Below are positions 19,550-28,930 of a stretch of 64,000 nucleotides of DNA, one piece after another. The notes beneath the pieces are model-generated. The model was not told the DNA's origin, searched no databases, and saw only the letters and a program-made list of their open reading frames with translations. Numbering within the stretch: position 1 is the stretch's first letter; each line of letters starts with the position of its first letter. A program made the translations under genes and the position numbers. The stretch is from the sequence record OU509535.1. One strand, written 5' to 3'.

Positions 19550-20026
19550 ATGGAAAAGACCAGCATCATCGAAAATGGTGATATTAACGATATTTTATCT
19601 TTGAACGGATTTAAAATTCATGATATAATGTTTTCAGTGAGAGACATAATTCAGTGCTTATTTTTATGTAGTAAAACAATGTATGATTATTATCATAGTG
19701 ATTTATGCAATATGTTTGTCATTACTATCAGTACTGAAAACTCTTTTATATTATCTTTTCCAATGAATACCAATGAAGAATTCATTCAAGCAGTACTAAG
19801 AAATGATAATGTAACTAATGCACAAACTGAAGTTCATAGAAAGAAGAATACTTATACAATTAAAGATGATAAAATCATTATGTTTGTTAGTAAAGGTTTT
19901 ATCATGGATAACTTCATTGTTAAAGAATCTTATCATGATTTTAAAATTGAACCTGATAGTTCTAAAGTTATGATTTATGCTAGTGATATTGAATCAATTA
20001 CAGTATCTGATCCTGAACTGGAGTAA
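19550..20026 (+). CDS. Hypothetical protein
   Basis: AAGGA SD, 158 aa. Confidence 0.7.
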   Translation: MEKTSIIENGDINDILSLNGFKIHDIMFSVRDIIQCLFLCSKTMYDYYHSDLCNMFVITISTENSFILSFPMNTNEEFIQAVLRNDNVTNAQTEVHRKKNTYTIKDDKIIMFVSKGFIMDNFIVKESYHDFKIEPDSSKVMIYASDIESITVSDPELE

Positions 20027-20030
20027 TATT

Positions 20031-20171
20031 ATGTCAAAGAAAAATAAAGTAAACAACTACGTTGCAAAGTACTGCAATGAGTTCAATAAAGCTCAAACTC
20101 ACGTAGATCGTAAAAAAGAATTCAAAAAGGGTAAAATCAAACACAAAGGCGGGAGTGAATACTTCCGCTAA
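20031..20171 (+). CDS. Small basic phage protein
   Basis: GGAG SD; MSKKNKVNNYVAKYCNEFNKAQTHVDRKKEFKKGKIKHK resembles a widespread small myovirus protein (N-x-VAK...FNK...DRKK...KHK), from memory. Confidence 0.7.
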   Translation: MSKKNKVNNYVAKYCNEFNKAQTHVDRKKEFKKGKIKHKGGSEYFR

Positions 20172-20176
20172 TTTTT
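20149..20176 (+). terminator. Probable intrinsic terminator
   Basis: GCGGGAGT-gaat-ACTTCCGC then TAATTTTT. Confidence 0.55.
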
Positions 20177-20205
20177 CGCCTAAATTTCGAGAAGAATAAC
20201 ATAAT

Positions 20206-21099
20206 ATGAAAGACTTTTTAAATTTCTCTGTACTATCTGTAAAAGAGCACTTTGATATAATTAAAGGAAGCTCTTTAAGCAATCCACCATTTAATTCAAT
20301 TCATAAAAAAACTTATAGAAATGCAATAATTTATGAACTAATGGACTATGATATTTGTTTTTATAAACACGACGGTGATAGTACTGAATTTAGTATTCAG
20401 GATCATTCATTTAATCTACCGTGTTATTCATTAGTTGAATCAAGAAATTATAGTTCTTATTGTTCACATGATTATTCGTACAGAAAAGATTTATACACAA
20501 ATGAATTGTCTTACAAACAATTCACATTAAATGGTATTGATTATGCAAAAAACACATTTAATGCAAGTGTAAGATATCATAGTATTTCTGATAAAATCAA
20601 ATACAATCGAATTCTTACTGACTATAATTACTGCATTCGTTCATTATATAGTGATATCAATAATATAAGTGCAACTGCAATTGAATCAGAATTCTTCAAC
20701 AGAAATTTTCAAATTTTAGAAAAATCTAAAATTAGTACTGGATTTGTATTCGAATCTAATTTTGATATTAGTATACCAAAAGAAAATAATAATAAATTAT
20801 TAACAAGTGTTCACGTTAATCTAAAGAAAGAAACAAAAGATAGTAACACATTATTTGAAATGAAATGGAATTATGATGATAGATTGGTATTTGAATTAGA
20901 TACACCAGATGCAAGTATTATACATTTATATAATACACTATACACATTTCAATCTGAATTGTTGTTTGGTAAAACCGATTATTATCATTTTAAAAATTCA
21001 TTAATTTATCTGGAAAAAATATTAGAGTATTATAAATCAGAATTACCCATAATCAGTATTGTGTTAGAAAATATTAAGAGGAACAAAGATGGAAACTAA
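20206..21099 (+). CDS. Hypothetical protein
   Basis: 297 aa intact ORF, no motif recognised. Confidence 0.75.
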   Translation: MKDFLNFSVLSVKEHFDIIKGSSLSNPPFNSIHKKTYRNAIIYELMDYDICFYKHDGDSTEFSIQDHSFNLPCYSLVESRNYSSYCSHDYSYRKDLYTNELSYKQFTLNGIDYAKNTFNASVRYHSISDKIKYNRILTDYNYCIRSLYSDINNISATAIESEFFNRNFQILEKSKISTGFVFESNFDISIPKENNNKLLTSVHVNLKKETKDSNTLFEMKWNYDDRLVFELDTPDASIIHLYNTLYTFQSELLFGKTDYYHFKNSLIYLEKILEYYKSELPIISIVLENIKRNKDGN

Positions 21100-21397
21100 T
21101 TTTAAAATTGTATTCAAGGAATTTTTAATTCCATACCTTGGAAAGAGATTTATTCCTTATAATGCAAAGAAAGTACAACACCCAGATGGTACTGAACTGT
21201 ATTTGGTTGAAAGTACAGAACAAGATGCACTTGATTTATTCCTAATGCATATCAAGAATGCAAATTCAGACGTTTATAACAAATATTTTGAGTACTTGTA
21301 TAATGAATATATTCTTGAATTCCAGGATGAAAATATGTTCAGATTAGCAATGAGTGATTATTCTGAATGGTCAAATATCGTAATTGGAACAAACTAA
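21089..21397 (+). CDS. Hypothetical protein
   Basis: GAGGA SD; 102 aa. Confidence 0.75.
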   Translation: METNFKIVFKEFLIPYLGKRFIPYNAKKVQHPDGTELYLVESTEQDALDLFLMHIKNANSDVYNKYFEYLYNEYILEFQDENMFRLAMSDYSEWSNIVIGTN

Positions 21398-21420
21398 ACT
21401 AAACAAGAAGGATTAAAATT

Positions 21421-21807
21421 ATGCGTGATGAAAAGACAAGTAAAATTCTAAAAGCAATCGGTGGTGTTCTTATTATTGATGTAAAAGGAGAACCAAAACT
21501 TTGTGCTATGGAAGATCTAAAAAAATCAAAATTCTTTGATATTGGTTCACTCTTCAATGCTATCCGAGTGCTGAATAATAAAGAAGTTGAAGATTATGGT
21601 CTTAAATGGCCTACATACCGTGATGCTTCAGGTGAAATCAGCAATTCATGGAAAACAATTCAGGAAGTACACAGTCGTTCTGATAATGATTGGGACTTTA
21701 TCGTTGCTGTCTGTGAACAACTAAATGAAGAAGTACCTGAAGTACTGGAGAAATATATTGTATTACAAAATCTGGATAGTTTTCGTAATGGAACTTTGCA
21801 GTACTAA
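21421..21807 (+). CDS. Hypothetical protein
   Basis: AAGGA SD; 128 aa. Confidence 0.75.
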   Translation: MRDEKTSKILKAIGGVLIIDVKGEPKLCAMEDLKKSKFFDIGSLFNAIRVLNNKEVEDYGLKWPTYRDASGEISNSWKTIQEVHSRSDNDWDFIVAVCEQLNEEVPEVLEKYIVLQNLDSFRNGTLQY

Positions 21808-21837
21808 TTAACAAAAAAAACATAAAGGAATATAATA

Positions 21838-22125
21838 ATGAAAGAACAAGATATGGATATGGAATACGATTTTATTAAAATTGAAGAAGGTGAAGAGAGT
21901 GAACAAGTAAGTACACAACTTGTTGCTAATACAAAACGTTCAATGATCGCCCGCAAACCAACCAGAACGCAGGAGGAATATGAATCGTTTATTGAATCAA
22001 AATACACAGAAGTCCATTATATGCAAGATGGTACACCATATGACGTCACCGTTACAGTACTGAAACCTGAAGTTAATGATCTTGAAGGTTTAAAACAGTG
22101 CTACGCATACCAAACACGTAGTTAA
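21838..22125 (+). CDS. Acidic hypothetical protein
   Basis: AAGGA SD; 95 aa. Confidence 0.75.
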   Translation: MKEQDMDMEYDFIKIEEGEESEQVSTQLVANTKRSMIARKPTRTQEEYESFIESKYTEVHYMQDGTPYDVTVTVLKPEVNDLEGLKQCYAYQTRS

Positions 22126-22134
22126 TATATTAAA

Positions 22135-22163
22135 GGCAGAGATGTACTTCTCTGCCAATTTTT
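22135..22163 (+). terminator. Intrinsic terminator
   Basis: GGCAGAGA-tgtact-TCTCTGCC then AATTTTT. Confidence 0.75.
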
Positions 22164-22194
22164 AATTTAAAACAAAATAAGGTTTAGTAGATAT

Positions 22195-23055
22195 ATGAAA
22201 TTATATTTTTTATTTTCTTTTGCTGAAGATATGTATGGATTTGCAGAAGTTGCAGAAAGTGATGGAATCTCATCACATACCAGGCATCAAAAACACCCGC
22301 ATGAGTTTTATAATAATTTATTCATGTTTATGCAATATAAAATTTTCTCATCTGAATTTGATAATTTAGATCACCCATGGGAATTACCTTTAATTGATAT
22401 TCCAGACGAATACGTATTTCAGTTCATGTTAATGGGTCTGGAAGACTATGACTTAGTTGTTTATAACTACAGAACTAAACGCATTATGCTTGGAACTCAC
22501 GATAGTTCCATTGTATATGTTTCAAGTACTAATGATGAGTTAGCGTCTGATGAAGGTAATTATAGAAAATCTTATGGTTATATAGAAAATGATAATGATT
22601 TTATTTTAGATTTTCGTGTATCAGAAGAAGAAAGAAGAAAAAGAGAAACTTATCAAGTGGAGTTAAAACCAGATAATGGTTATAATGAAATTTTGGAAGT
22701 ACTTAAACCATACTACCTTGATATTGTTTATAAGAAATATAAACGCCTGCTAAATCATCTTAGCGAAAAAGAACCAATTGGTTTTGAAACCAATTCATTA
22801 CGTAATAGCATCATATTTCCACCTAGAGTAATGAAATATGGTGAAGTTTCTAAACACAAGATGAAACTATATCCCGATGATATTGAAGTTCTATATCATT
22901 CGTGGTTGAATAATGATGAACTATATGTAGAAAATAAAAAGTTAATGCGTATAAGTAATAATGATGATAGATTGCTACAAGCGTGGTATAATGATTCATA
23001 TTCTGCATTTACTGACAGTAATTCTGAGTATTGGAAGAACACAGGACAAAATTAA
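22195..23055 (+). CDS. Hypothetical protein
   Basis: 286 aa; PDEYVFQFML loosely echoes the FQYST module. Confidence 0.75.
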   Translation: MKLYFLFSFAEDMYGFAEVAESDGISSHTRHQKHPHEFYNNLFMFMQYKIFSSEFDNLDHPWELPLIDIPDEYVFQFMLMGLEDYDLVVYNYRTKRIMLGTHDSSIVYVSSTNDELASDEGNYRKSYGYIENDNDFILDFRVSEEERRKRETYQVELKPDNGYNEILEVLKPYYLDIVYKKYKRLLNHLSEKEPIGFETNSLRNSIIFPPRVMKYGEVSKHKMKLYPDDIEVLYHSWLNNDELYVENKKLMRISNNDDRLLQAWYNDSYSAFTDSNSEYWKNTGQN

Positions 23056-23058
23056 ACC

Positions 23059-23086
23059 AAGGACGGCGTAAAACCCGTCCTTTTTT
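23059..23086 (+). terminator. Intrinsic terminator
   Basis: AAGGACGG-cgtaaaac-CCGTCCTT then T tract. Confidence 0.8.
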
Positions 23087-23122
23087 AATACATAAATATC
23101 TGAACGAAAAATAGATTTAAGA

Positions 23123-23137
23123 TATAATGTTTATAAT
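23123..23137 (+). promoter_or_regulatory. Two tandem -10 boxes upstream of the non-coding element
   Basis: TATAAT at 23123 and 23132; -35 poor. Confidence 0.45.
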
Positions 23138-23138
23138 T

Positions 23139-23771
23139 ACAAGGATGTTGGATGCACAGGATGTGCATACACTAAAAACCTGATCCACTCGAAACAAGTA
23201 GAGGGCAGATGAGTATACCAACAATACGCCGTGTAGAGGATACCCGTTTAGGCGAGTCGACACGTTAAAGGGCAAAGGTAGCACGATTGCCCCAATCTCT
23301 CAGGAGATTGATAGGACGCGAATCCAGTTAAGTCTGGACATTAAGTGTAAAAGGGAGATTATTTTCTTTTAGATATTTTGGAAATAATCACAGTATTGAA
23401 TTGCTTGAATAGTTCGGTACTGAAGTGCAAGTATGTTTAAACTTGTGACCGTTGCATGTGACTGCGATAAGGGGAAACCGGGCAACCCGCCTCTGCCTAA
23501 TAAATTAAATTTATTAGAATTCGCAATTCAAGGAATTTCGACAGCTACGAGCTTCAAGGCTTAGCTTTTTATTTCTCTTCCCCTCCCTGTGGGGGGATGA
23601 AAATATCTCGTGCAAACGCCTTCAAGTATTGAAATTCACGAAGTGAATTGAAATTACTTGGTTCTGTAGTCGAACGACAGTGAGACGTGAGAACAAGTAA
23701 TTTCTGCATGTATCAACGAAGTGACAACGAGTTGATACATAGCACTTTAAAACATTATTGAATTCAATAAT
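23139..23771 (+). ncRNA. Candidate large structured non-coding element (ncRNA or replication origin)
   Basis: 740-nt gap with no ORF of 60 aa or more, GC well above flanks, many perfect hairpins (see findings). Confidence 0.5.
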
Positions 23772-23795
23772 TAATATTATTATGGTTTTAAAGAA

Positions 23796-24407
23796 ATGAA
23801 TTTAGAAGAACAGAAGAAAATCGCTTCAAGAAAACAAAAGAAAGGGATTGATATTAAGTACTTGAATAAGGAATTTCAAATAGTTCATAATCCAGATAGT
23901 TCTTTTTGTGGTTACAGAATACGAACAGAACAAAATACATTATCTAATATAAGCGAGTATGAAAATGGTACTGAAATAGGAATTATTCATTTCAGACCAA
24001 CTCAAACTCCAACAATACTCGGAGCTAGATATAAACAATATTTTGAAGAGAGATATACCAATGGAAACATTTCTATTCATTATACATTTTATAAAAGTGT
24101 ATTAATTGGTGAATACAAGAAATATGATTCAGATGGGAATTTAACACTAAGAGAATTCTATGATGGAAATGGTGATTGTACTAAAGAAATAAAAGAATTC
24201 ATTGGTTTTAATGGAACCGATGAGGAATTTATGCATTACGAATTTAAAGAAGATGAAGAATTTAATATATTAATGCGATATGGTTCTCACTTCAAATTAA
24301 TAAAAGAAATAAAGTTTAAAACAGAATATTTTAATTACGTATATGAAAATTGCCTCAAACGTGGCTATATACGCAATGATTTAAATAAAAAGAAATACAA
24401 ACACTGA
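23796..24407 (+). CDS. MORN-variant/YwqK-like repeat protein
   Basis: YENG, YTNGN, GEYKKYDSDGNL..EFYDGNG repeats. Confidence 0.55.
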   Translation: MNLEEQKKIASRKQKKGIDIKYLNKEFQIVHNPDSSFCGYRIRTEQNTLSNISEYENGTEIGIIHFRPTQTPTILGARYKQYFEERYTNGNISIHYTFYKSVLIGEYKKYDSDGNLTLREFYDGNGDCTKEIKEFIGFNGTDEEFMHYEFKEDEEFNILMRYGSHFKLIKEIKFKTEYFNYVYENCLKRGYIRNDLNKKKYKH

Positions 24408-24430
24408 GTTCAAATAAGGAAAACGATTTC

Positions 24431-24949
24431 ATGGAAAAGAATAAAAATAAACACGCGGTGCATTTCAGTACAAGAAAAAATGATCTATGGACAACACCAA
24501 AACCATTGTTTGATAAACTAAATGCTTTGTGGAATTTTACAGTAGATGTTGCTTGCAGTCATGAAACAGCTTTGTGTCTTAAACACTACACACCAGAAGA
24601 TGATGGTTTATCACAGGACTGGAGTAACGAAACATTTTGGTTAAATCCACCTTATAGTGATTTATCTCCTTGGTTATCAAAAAGCGTTGAAGACTATAAC
24701 AGAGGTGCTACTGGTTTGATTTTGGTTCCAGCAAGAACTGATACCAGAGCTTTTCAGAATTTTGCTTCTCCTTTTTGTGATGCTATGTGTTTTATAAAAG
24801 GAAGGCTTAAATTTGGTAATCCACTAAAACCGAATGATAAACTATCATCAGCACCATTCCCTTCTTGCATTATAGTACTGGATAAGAATCTAACACAAGC
24901 GAAAATAGATTGCCTAAAATCTTTAGGAAACACTATGGTTAACATATGA
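24431..24949 (+). CDS. dam: DNA N6-adenine methyltransferase (phage Dam family)
   Basis: WTTPKPLF..L, DVACS, EDDGLSQDW, WLNPPYS catalytic motif, LVPARTDT, FIKGRLKF. Confidence 0.9.
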   Translation: MEKNKNKHAVHFSTRKNDLWTTPKPLFDKLNALWNFTVDVACSHETALCLKHYTPEDDGLSQDWSNETFWLNPPYSDLSPWLSKSVEDYNRGATGLILVPARTDTRAFQNFASPFCDAMCFIKGRLKFGNPLKPNDKLSSAPFPSCIIVLDKNLTQAKIDCLKSLGNTMVNI

Positions 24950-25482
24950 ATAAATGTATAATTACTTTTGGTAGAATAAACCCAATTCATTTAGGTCATG
25001 GGATTTTATTCAACAAAGTACAAGATATTAGTACTGAATTAAATGCAGATTTTCGAATTTATCTCAGTACTACACAAGATCCAAAGAAAAATCCACTTCC
25101 ACCTAATCTAAAACAATATTACACTTCAAATTTTTATCCAAACATTAAAGATGTATTGAGTACTGAAAGTAATGTAACTAATATTATGCAAGATTTGGAT
25201 TCTCAGTACAGTGATATTATTTTTGTTTGTGGATCAGATCGAATAAATTCCTTTAAAAAAGCACTTGACAGTGCCAATGGAAAATTATATAATTTCGATT
25301 CAATAGAAGTAATTCAGGCTGGGATTGAAAGAGAATGTAGCAAATATAGTAGTACTGCAATGCGTTCGTATGCACTTGATGGTGATTACAACTCATTTAG
25401 TACCTTTTTACCCGGAAAAGATGTTTATTTAAAAGAACAGCTATTTGAAGATGTTCGACTGTATTTGGGAGCACAAAAATGA
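24946..25482 (+). CDS. Cytidylyltransferase-like HIGH-motif nucleotidyltransferase
   Basis: TFGRINPIHLGH, KKNPL, VCGSDR, SSTAMR. Confidence 0.8.
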   Translation: MNKCIITFGRINPIHLGHGILFNKVQDISTELNADFRIYLSTTQDPKKNPLPPNLKQYYTSNFYPNIKDVLSTESNVTNIMQDLDSQYSDIIFVCGSDRINSFKKALDSANGKLYNFDSIEVIQAGIERECSKYSSTAMRSYALDGDYNSFSTFLPGKDVYLKEQLFEDVRLYLGAQK

Positions 25483-25769
25483 TTCTGTTTAACACCAATG
25501 CACTACATTGGGATGAAAATGAAAAAACTGGATTCAGAAAAATTTCAGTACTGTATAAATCAAACAATGTATTGAATATTATTGCAAATAAAACGAATAA
25601 TCAATGGATGACACAAGTGGTACCTATGGGTTATTCATATACAAAAGATGAAGTTGAATTTCTTGTTGAATTGTACAAAATTATAGTACCTGTTATGGAT
25701 TTTTTAGAACAAGATATCGTAATTACACATTCCGATGTTCTTGATTTTCTGGAATCCATAAATGTCTAA
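25479..25769 (+). CDS. Hypothetical protein
   Basis: ATGA overlap, 96 aa. Confidence 0.7.
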   Translation: MILFNTNALHWDENEKTGFRKISVLYKSNNVLNIIANKTNNQWMTQVVPMGYSYTKDEVEFLVELYKIIVPVMDFLEQDIVITHSDVLDFLESINV

Positions 25770-26022
25770 AATAGATATTTCATCTATATTCAATGAATCA
25801 TGGCTTGAGCTTCGAGATGAACTTGCTATCATTGAAAGTACCGAATTGTGGTTAATCAAGAGCCAAAAAAAATTCTCAGTAGAATTAAAACATAAATTAT
25901 ATCACGCATATAAAAATTCTCTACCTTGCACCATTAAAACACAAAACATTAATTACGATGGTAAAATAATATACTTAGACGATGGTTGTATATTTTATCT
26001 GTTAAAAATTGAATACATTTAA
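25762..26022 (+). CDS. Hypothetical protein
   Basis: 86 aa. Confidence 0.7.
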   Translation: MSKIDISSIFNESWLELRDELAIIESTELWLIKSQKKFSVELKHKLYHAYKNSLPCTIKTQNINYDGKIIYLDDGCIFYLLKIEYI

Positions 26023-26031
26023 GGAATAAAA

Positions 26032-26637
26032 ATGAATACTAATAGTAATACTTATTTTCGTTATCTACGTCTGGGTCTATCACTTCGTCCAGTACGTGGT
26101 TATTGTGATGATCTGGAAGATTTCGAATACGCGTGGGCAGTTCATTGTGAAAATGTACAATACGTACTTAATGATTTTGGTGAATTTGAAAAAGATAATG
26201 ATTCAACTTCAATGATGAATGCGATTGACAATCTTGATTGTATTGCTAATTCAGATCGTCATGAAACAGTACTTGCAGTACAGAAATATATTGAAAGCAA
26301 TCTGAGCAAGCCAGTTTGGTGCATGGTAAGCACTGAAGAACAACTTGGAATTACTTTTGGTACTGAAGATGGTTATGTTGCACAATTAATTATGGATTTC
26401 AGTACTGAAGAAAAATTCATTTCTTATCGTGATAAAATTTATCAAGCACTATTACGCAGTGGTATCAGTGAAGATCAAGTACCAGAAATTGCACCAATGA
26501 AAGATTTCTTCCTTATCCCAAGTGATGAAAAATATGATGCAATGTTTTATAAAATGAATGTACCTGGTGTTATTGTTGAACATTTTGATGATGATAATAC
26601 TGAGTGGTTGGACTTGGGTGATGACGAAGACGATTGA
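26032..26637 (+). CDS. Acidic hypothetical protein
   Basis: AAGGA SD, 201 aa, CGT/GGT-rich codons. Confidence 0.8.
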   Translation: MNTNSNTYFRYLRLGLSLRPVRGYCDDLEDFEYAWAVHCENVQYVLNDFGEFEKDNDSTSMMNAIDNLDCIANSDRHETVLAVQKYIESNLSKPVWCMVSTEEQLGITFGTEDGYVAQLIMDFSTEEKFISYRDKIYQALLRSGISEDQVPEIAPMKDFFLIPSDEKYDAMFYKMNVPGVIVEHFDDDNTEWLDLGDDEDD

Positions 26638-26785
26638 TGATTTTTATTGCTTTATAGAAAATACAACTGCACTACTGGAGTATTTTGACAATACTCCTTA
26701 TCATAAAATAATAGTGCAGGTTTATGATGACCTTTTTTATGAATATGGTAACTATTTTGATTGGTTCGCACATCTTAGTACATAA
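26621..26785 (+). CDS. Small hypothetical protein
   Basis: MTKTIDD... portion of ORF 26558..26785. Confidence 0.45.
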   Translation: MTKTIDDFYCFIENTTALLEYFDNTPYHKIIVQVYDDLFYEYGNYFDWFAHLST

Positions 26786-27050
26786 CTTTTTATTACTTCT
26801 TAATAATAAAATACAAATTAACTATATTTTCAGAGATGATCCTTTATATAAAAATGAAATCTCTGATATATACAAAAATATGTTAACTGAAATCTATCAT
26901 TATTACATGAATAAAAAATTCAAGTGCTATTATATCAAAGCAATTGTAAAACCAGCAAGGTTATATATATGCACTAAAAATGATATGGTTAGTAAAGTTA
27001 TAGATATCAAAGATTTAAAAGATGAGGTTCTTAGGGATGAATGGTACTGA
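26724..27050 (+). CDS. Hypothetical protein, probable family A
   Basis: YHYYMNKKFKC; start uncertain. Confidence 0.55.
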   Translation: MMTFFMNMVTILIGSHILVHNFLLLLNNKIQINYIFRDDPLYKNEISDIYKNMLTEIYHYYMNKKFKCYYIKAIVKPARLYICTKNDMVSKVIDIKDLKDEVLRDEWY

Positions 27051-27354
27051 ATGTGTGAAAAAGAAAATAGAATTTATACAAATGACATGTAAGGCAATTT
27101 TCGATTTAGCACACAATACCAATATGCCAACCTTGTTCAAAGAAGAATTATTATTAAGTACTGAGATTATTTTTGAAGAATATTTCAGTACTAAATTGTA
27201 TTTAAAATATGGAAACTTTTACAAAATTCACGGCTTTACTATAAGTAGTTCAAATGGAATTGTCCATATTACAACTTCATACGGCTATTTCGAATTAACA
27301 GAAAGTACTGTAAAAAATTTATATGAATATCCATCAAAAATGAGAGTAAATTAA
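27037..27354 (+). CDS. Hypothetical protein, probable family A
   Basis: IFEEYFSTKLY. Confidence 0.65.
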   Translation: MNGTECVKKKIEFIQMTCKAIFDLAHNTNMPTLFKEELLLSTEIIFEEYFSTKLYLKYGNFYKIHGFTISSSNGIVHITTSYGYFELTESTVKNLYEYPSKMRVN

Positions 27355-27554
27355 TGAAAAAATGTTCGTGTTGTGGATCTACTCAAATTGCACGTTTTCG
27401 ATTAGATTCTGATTGGGCCGTTGGTTGTGGTGATTTCTACCCAGTTAATGATGATTCAGAATATACTGAAGAACAACTGAAAGATTTTGATAATAGTTGG
27501 AGACCAGATTTTGAGTTTCTATATTGTTTGAATTGTAATTCGGTACAGGAATGA
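27354..27554 (+). CDS. Small Zn-ribbon-like protein
   Basis: CSCC and CLNC cysteine pairs. Confidence 0.65.
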   Translation: MKKCSCCGSTQIARFRLDSDWAVGCGDFYPVNDDSEYTEEQLKDFDNSWRPDFEFLYCLNCNSVQE

Positions 27555-27814
27555 TTAAACCATATTATCATGAAATATATTATCTGTATAATTTCTGTAA
27601 TGAAATTTCAGAAAAATACAACGGACAATATTTTTATGCTATCAAATCCATCGTGAGAAACATAGAAAATGATATTGGAATTATACATACTGAGTTTACA
27701 ATAGAAGAACAAAGATATAAAGTTAAAAACTTTATATTTGATTCAAGAGGTTTTTTGTATGTGATATCAATGGGGAATAGTTGTCATCTGGTTTTTAACA
27801 CGGATTTATCATGA
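27551..27814 (+). CDS. Hypothetical protein, probable family A
   Basis: EISEKYNGQ; similar to next gene (IKSIVRNIEND / IRSILDNIEDE). Confidence 0.65.
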   Translation: MIKPYYHEIYYLYNFCNEISEKYNGQYFYAIKSIVRNIENDIGIIHTEFTIEEQRYKVKNFIFDSRGFLYVISMGNSCHLVFNTDLS

Positions 27815-28080
27815 ACAAACAATTATTATATTGTAAAGTGGTTTATTACTTGACTAATTCAGTACTGAATATGAATAACACACATTTTAACTATTCACTA
27901 TGTATTAGAAGTATTCTAGATAACATAGAAGATGAACTAAATGTGTTATATACTGGAAAAACATTCACAAAAAACAATATCCGACACAAATGTAATGGTA
28001 TTGTTATAACATATGGGCGTATATTTGCTTTATACGGTATACGTTACACTTGCTATTTTCATAGGGCCAAATTTAAATGA
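27811..28080 (+). CDS. Hypothetical protein, probable family A
   Basis: EDELNVLYTGK. Confidence 0.65.
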   Translation: MNKQLLYCKVVYYLTNSVLNMNNTHFNYSLCIRSILDNIEDELNVLYTGKTFTKNNIRHKCNGIVITYGRIFALYGIRYTCYFHRAKFK

Positions 28081-28694
28081 AAACAGATTATTCAAAACTA
28101 AGAACAAAACTTTATGGAATTATAGAGGGGTTATCTCTAATCGATCCAAAGTACTATGAATTACGTCGTTTACTTGCATTCGCCGAACAATATCATTGTA
28201 ATACACGCAAAGATGGTTCTGAAGAATTCTCTCATCAATTACAAATGCTTGGATTGGCTCTTACGCTTCATGAATCGATGTGTAAGCCGTTTGAAGTATA
28301 CATGGCAATTGTATCTCATGATTTAATCGAAGACTATCCAGAAGCTTCTGAAACGCTTGAGATGTTATTCCCTGATGTAATCCAATATAGTCGCAAACTG
28401 GCTAAATTTAAAGATTCAAATACTGATGAAGATTCGTACTATGGATACTTTAATCAGATTGCTAATTGCCAAGTATGTTCAATTGTAAAACTCGTAGATA
28501 GAGTTCACAATTTGAGTACCGCACCTGGTGTATTCAGTACTGAAAAAATTATAAGTTATTGTGATGAAACTGATAAGTATTTCTTTGATATGATAAAAAA
28601 ATCCAAAGTTATGTTCAATCAACGTTCAGCATATGAAGTTCTAAAATTCATGTTGAATACCGAAGTCAGTACTATCAGGAATTTATTAAAATGA
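28077..28694 (+). CDS. Stand-alone HD-domain (p)ppGpp hydrolase-like protein (SpoT/Mesh1 family)
   Basis: HCNTRKDGSEEFSH, HDLIED, VKLVDRVHNL motifs. Confidence 0.8.
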   Translation: MKTDYSKLRTKLYGIIEGLSLIDPKYYELRRLLAFAEQYHCNTRKDGSEEFSHQLQMLGLALTLHESMCKPFEVYMAIVSHDLIEDYPEASETLEMLFPDVIQYSRKLAKFKDSNTDEDSYYGYFNQIANCQVCSIVKLVDRVHNLSTAPGVFSTEKIISYCDETDKYFFDMIKKSKVMFNQRSAYEVLKFMLNTEVSTIRNLLK

Positions 28695-28897
28695 AAATAG
28701 TTTTAGAATTTGCATTTATTATTTTTGGTTTCATTTGGTTCACTGCTATTTCAATTTTTGCTGGATATCTCATTATTAAACCGGATATGTTGATTTTCTA
28801 CTGGATTTTGACTTTAATTGCATTCATCAGTGTTGTCTATTTGTCTTATAAACTGGTATATCTATATGCAGATGAAATCAAAAAATATAACACTTAG
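28691..28897 (+). CDS. Small membrane protein
   Basis: Two hydrophobic segments. Confidence 0.7.
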   Translation: MKIVLEFAFIIFGFIWFTAISIFAGYLIIKPDMLIFYWILTLIAFISVVYLSYKLVYLYADEIKKYNT

Positions 28898-28930
28898 TTG
28901 GTTTTATGTTGAAAAGATTTAAAATCGATA

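Noticed and set aside
23139-23771. Group I intron or tRNA cluster in the large intergenic element
   Set aside because: It does not interrupt a gene, I could not place P7 core motifs in order, and there are no cloverleaf/T-loop (GTTCRA) signatures.
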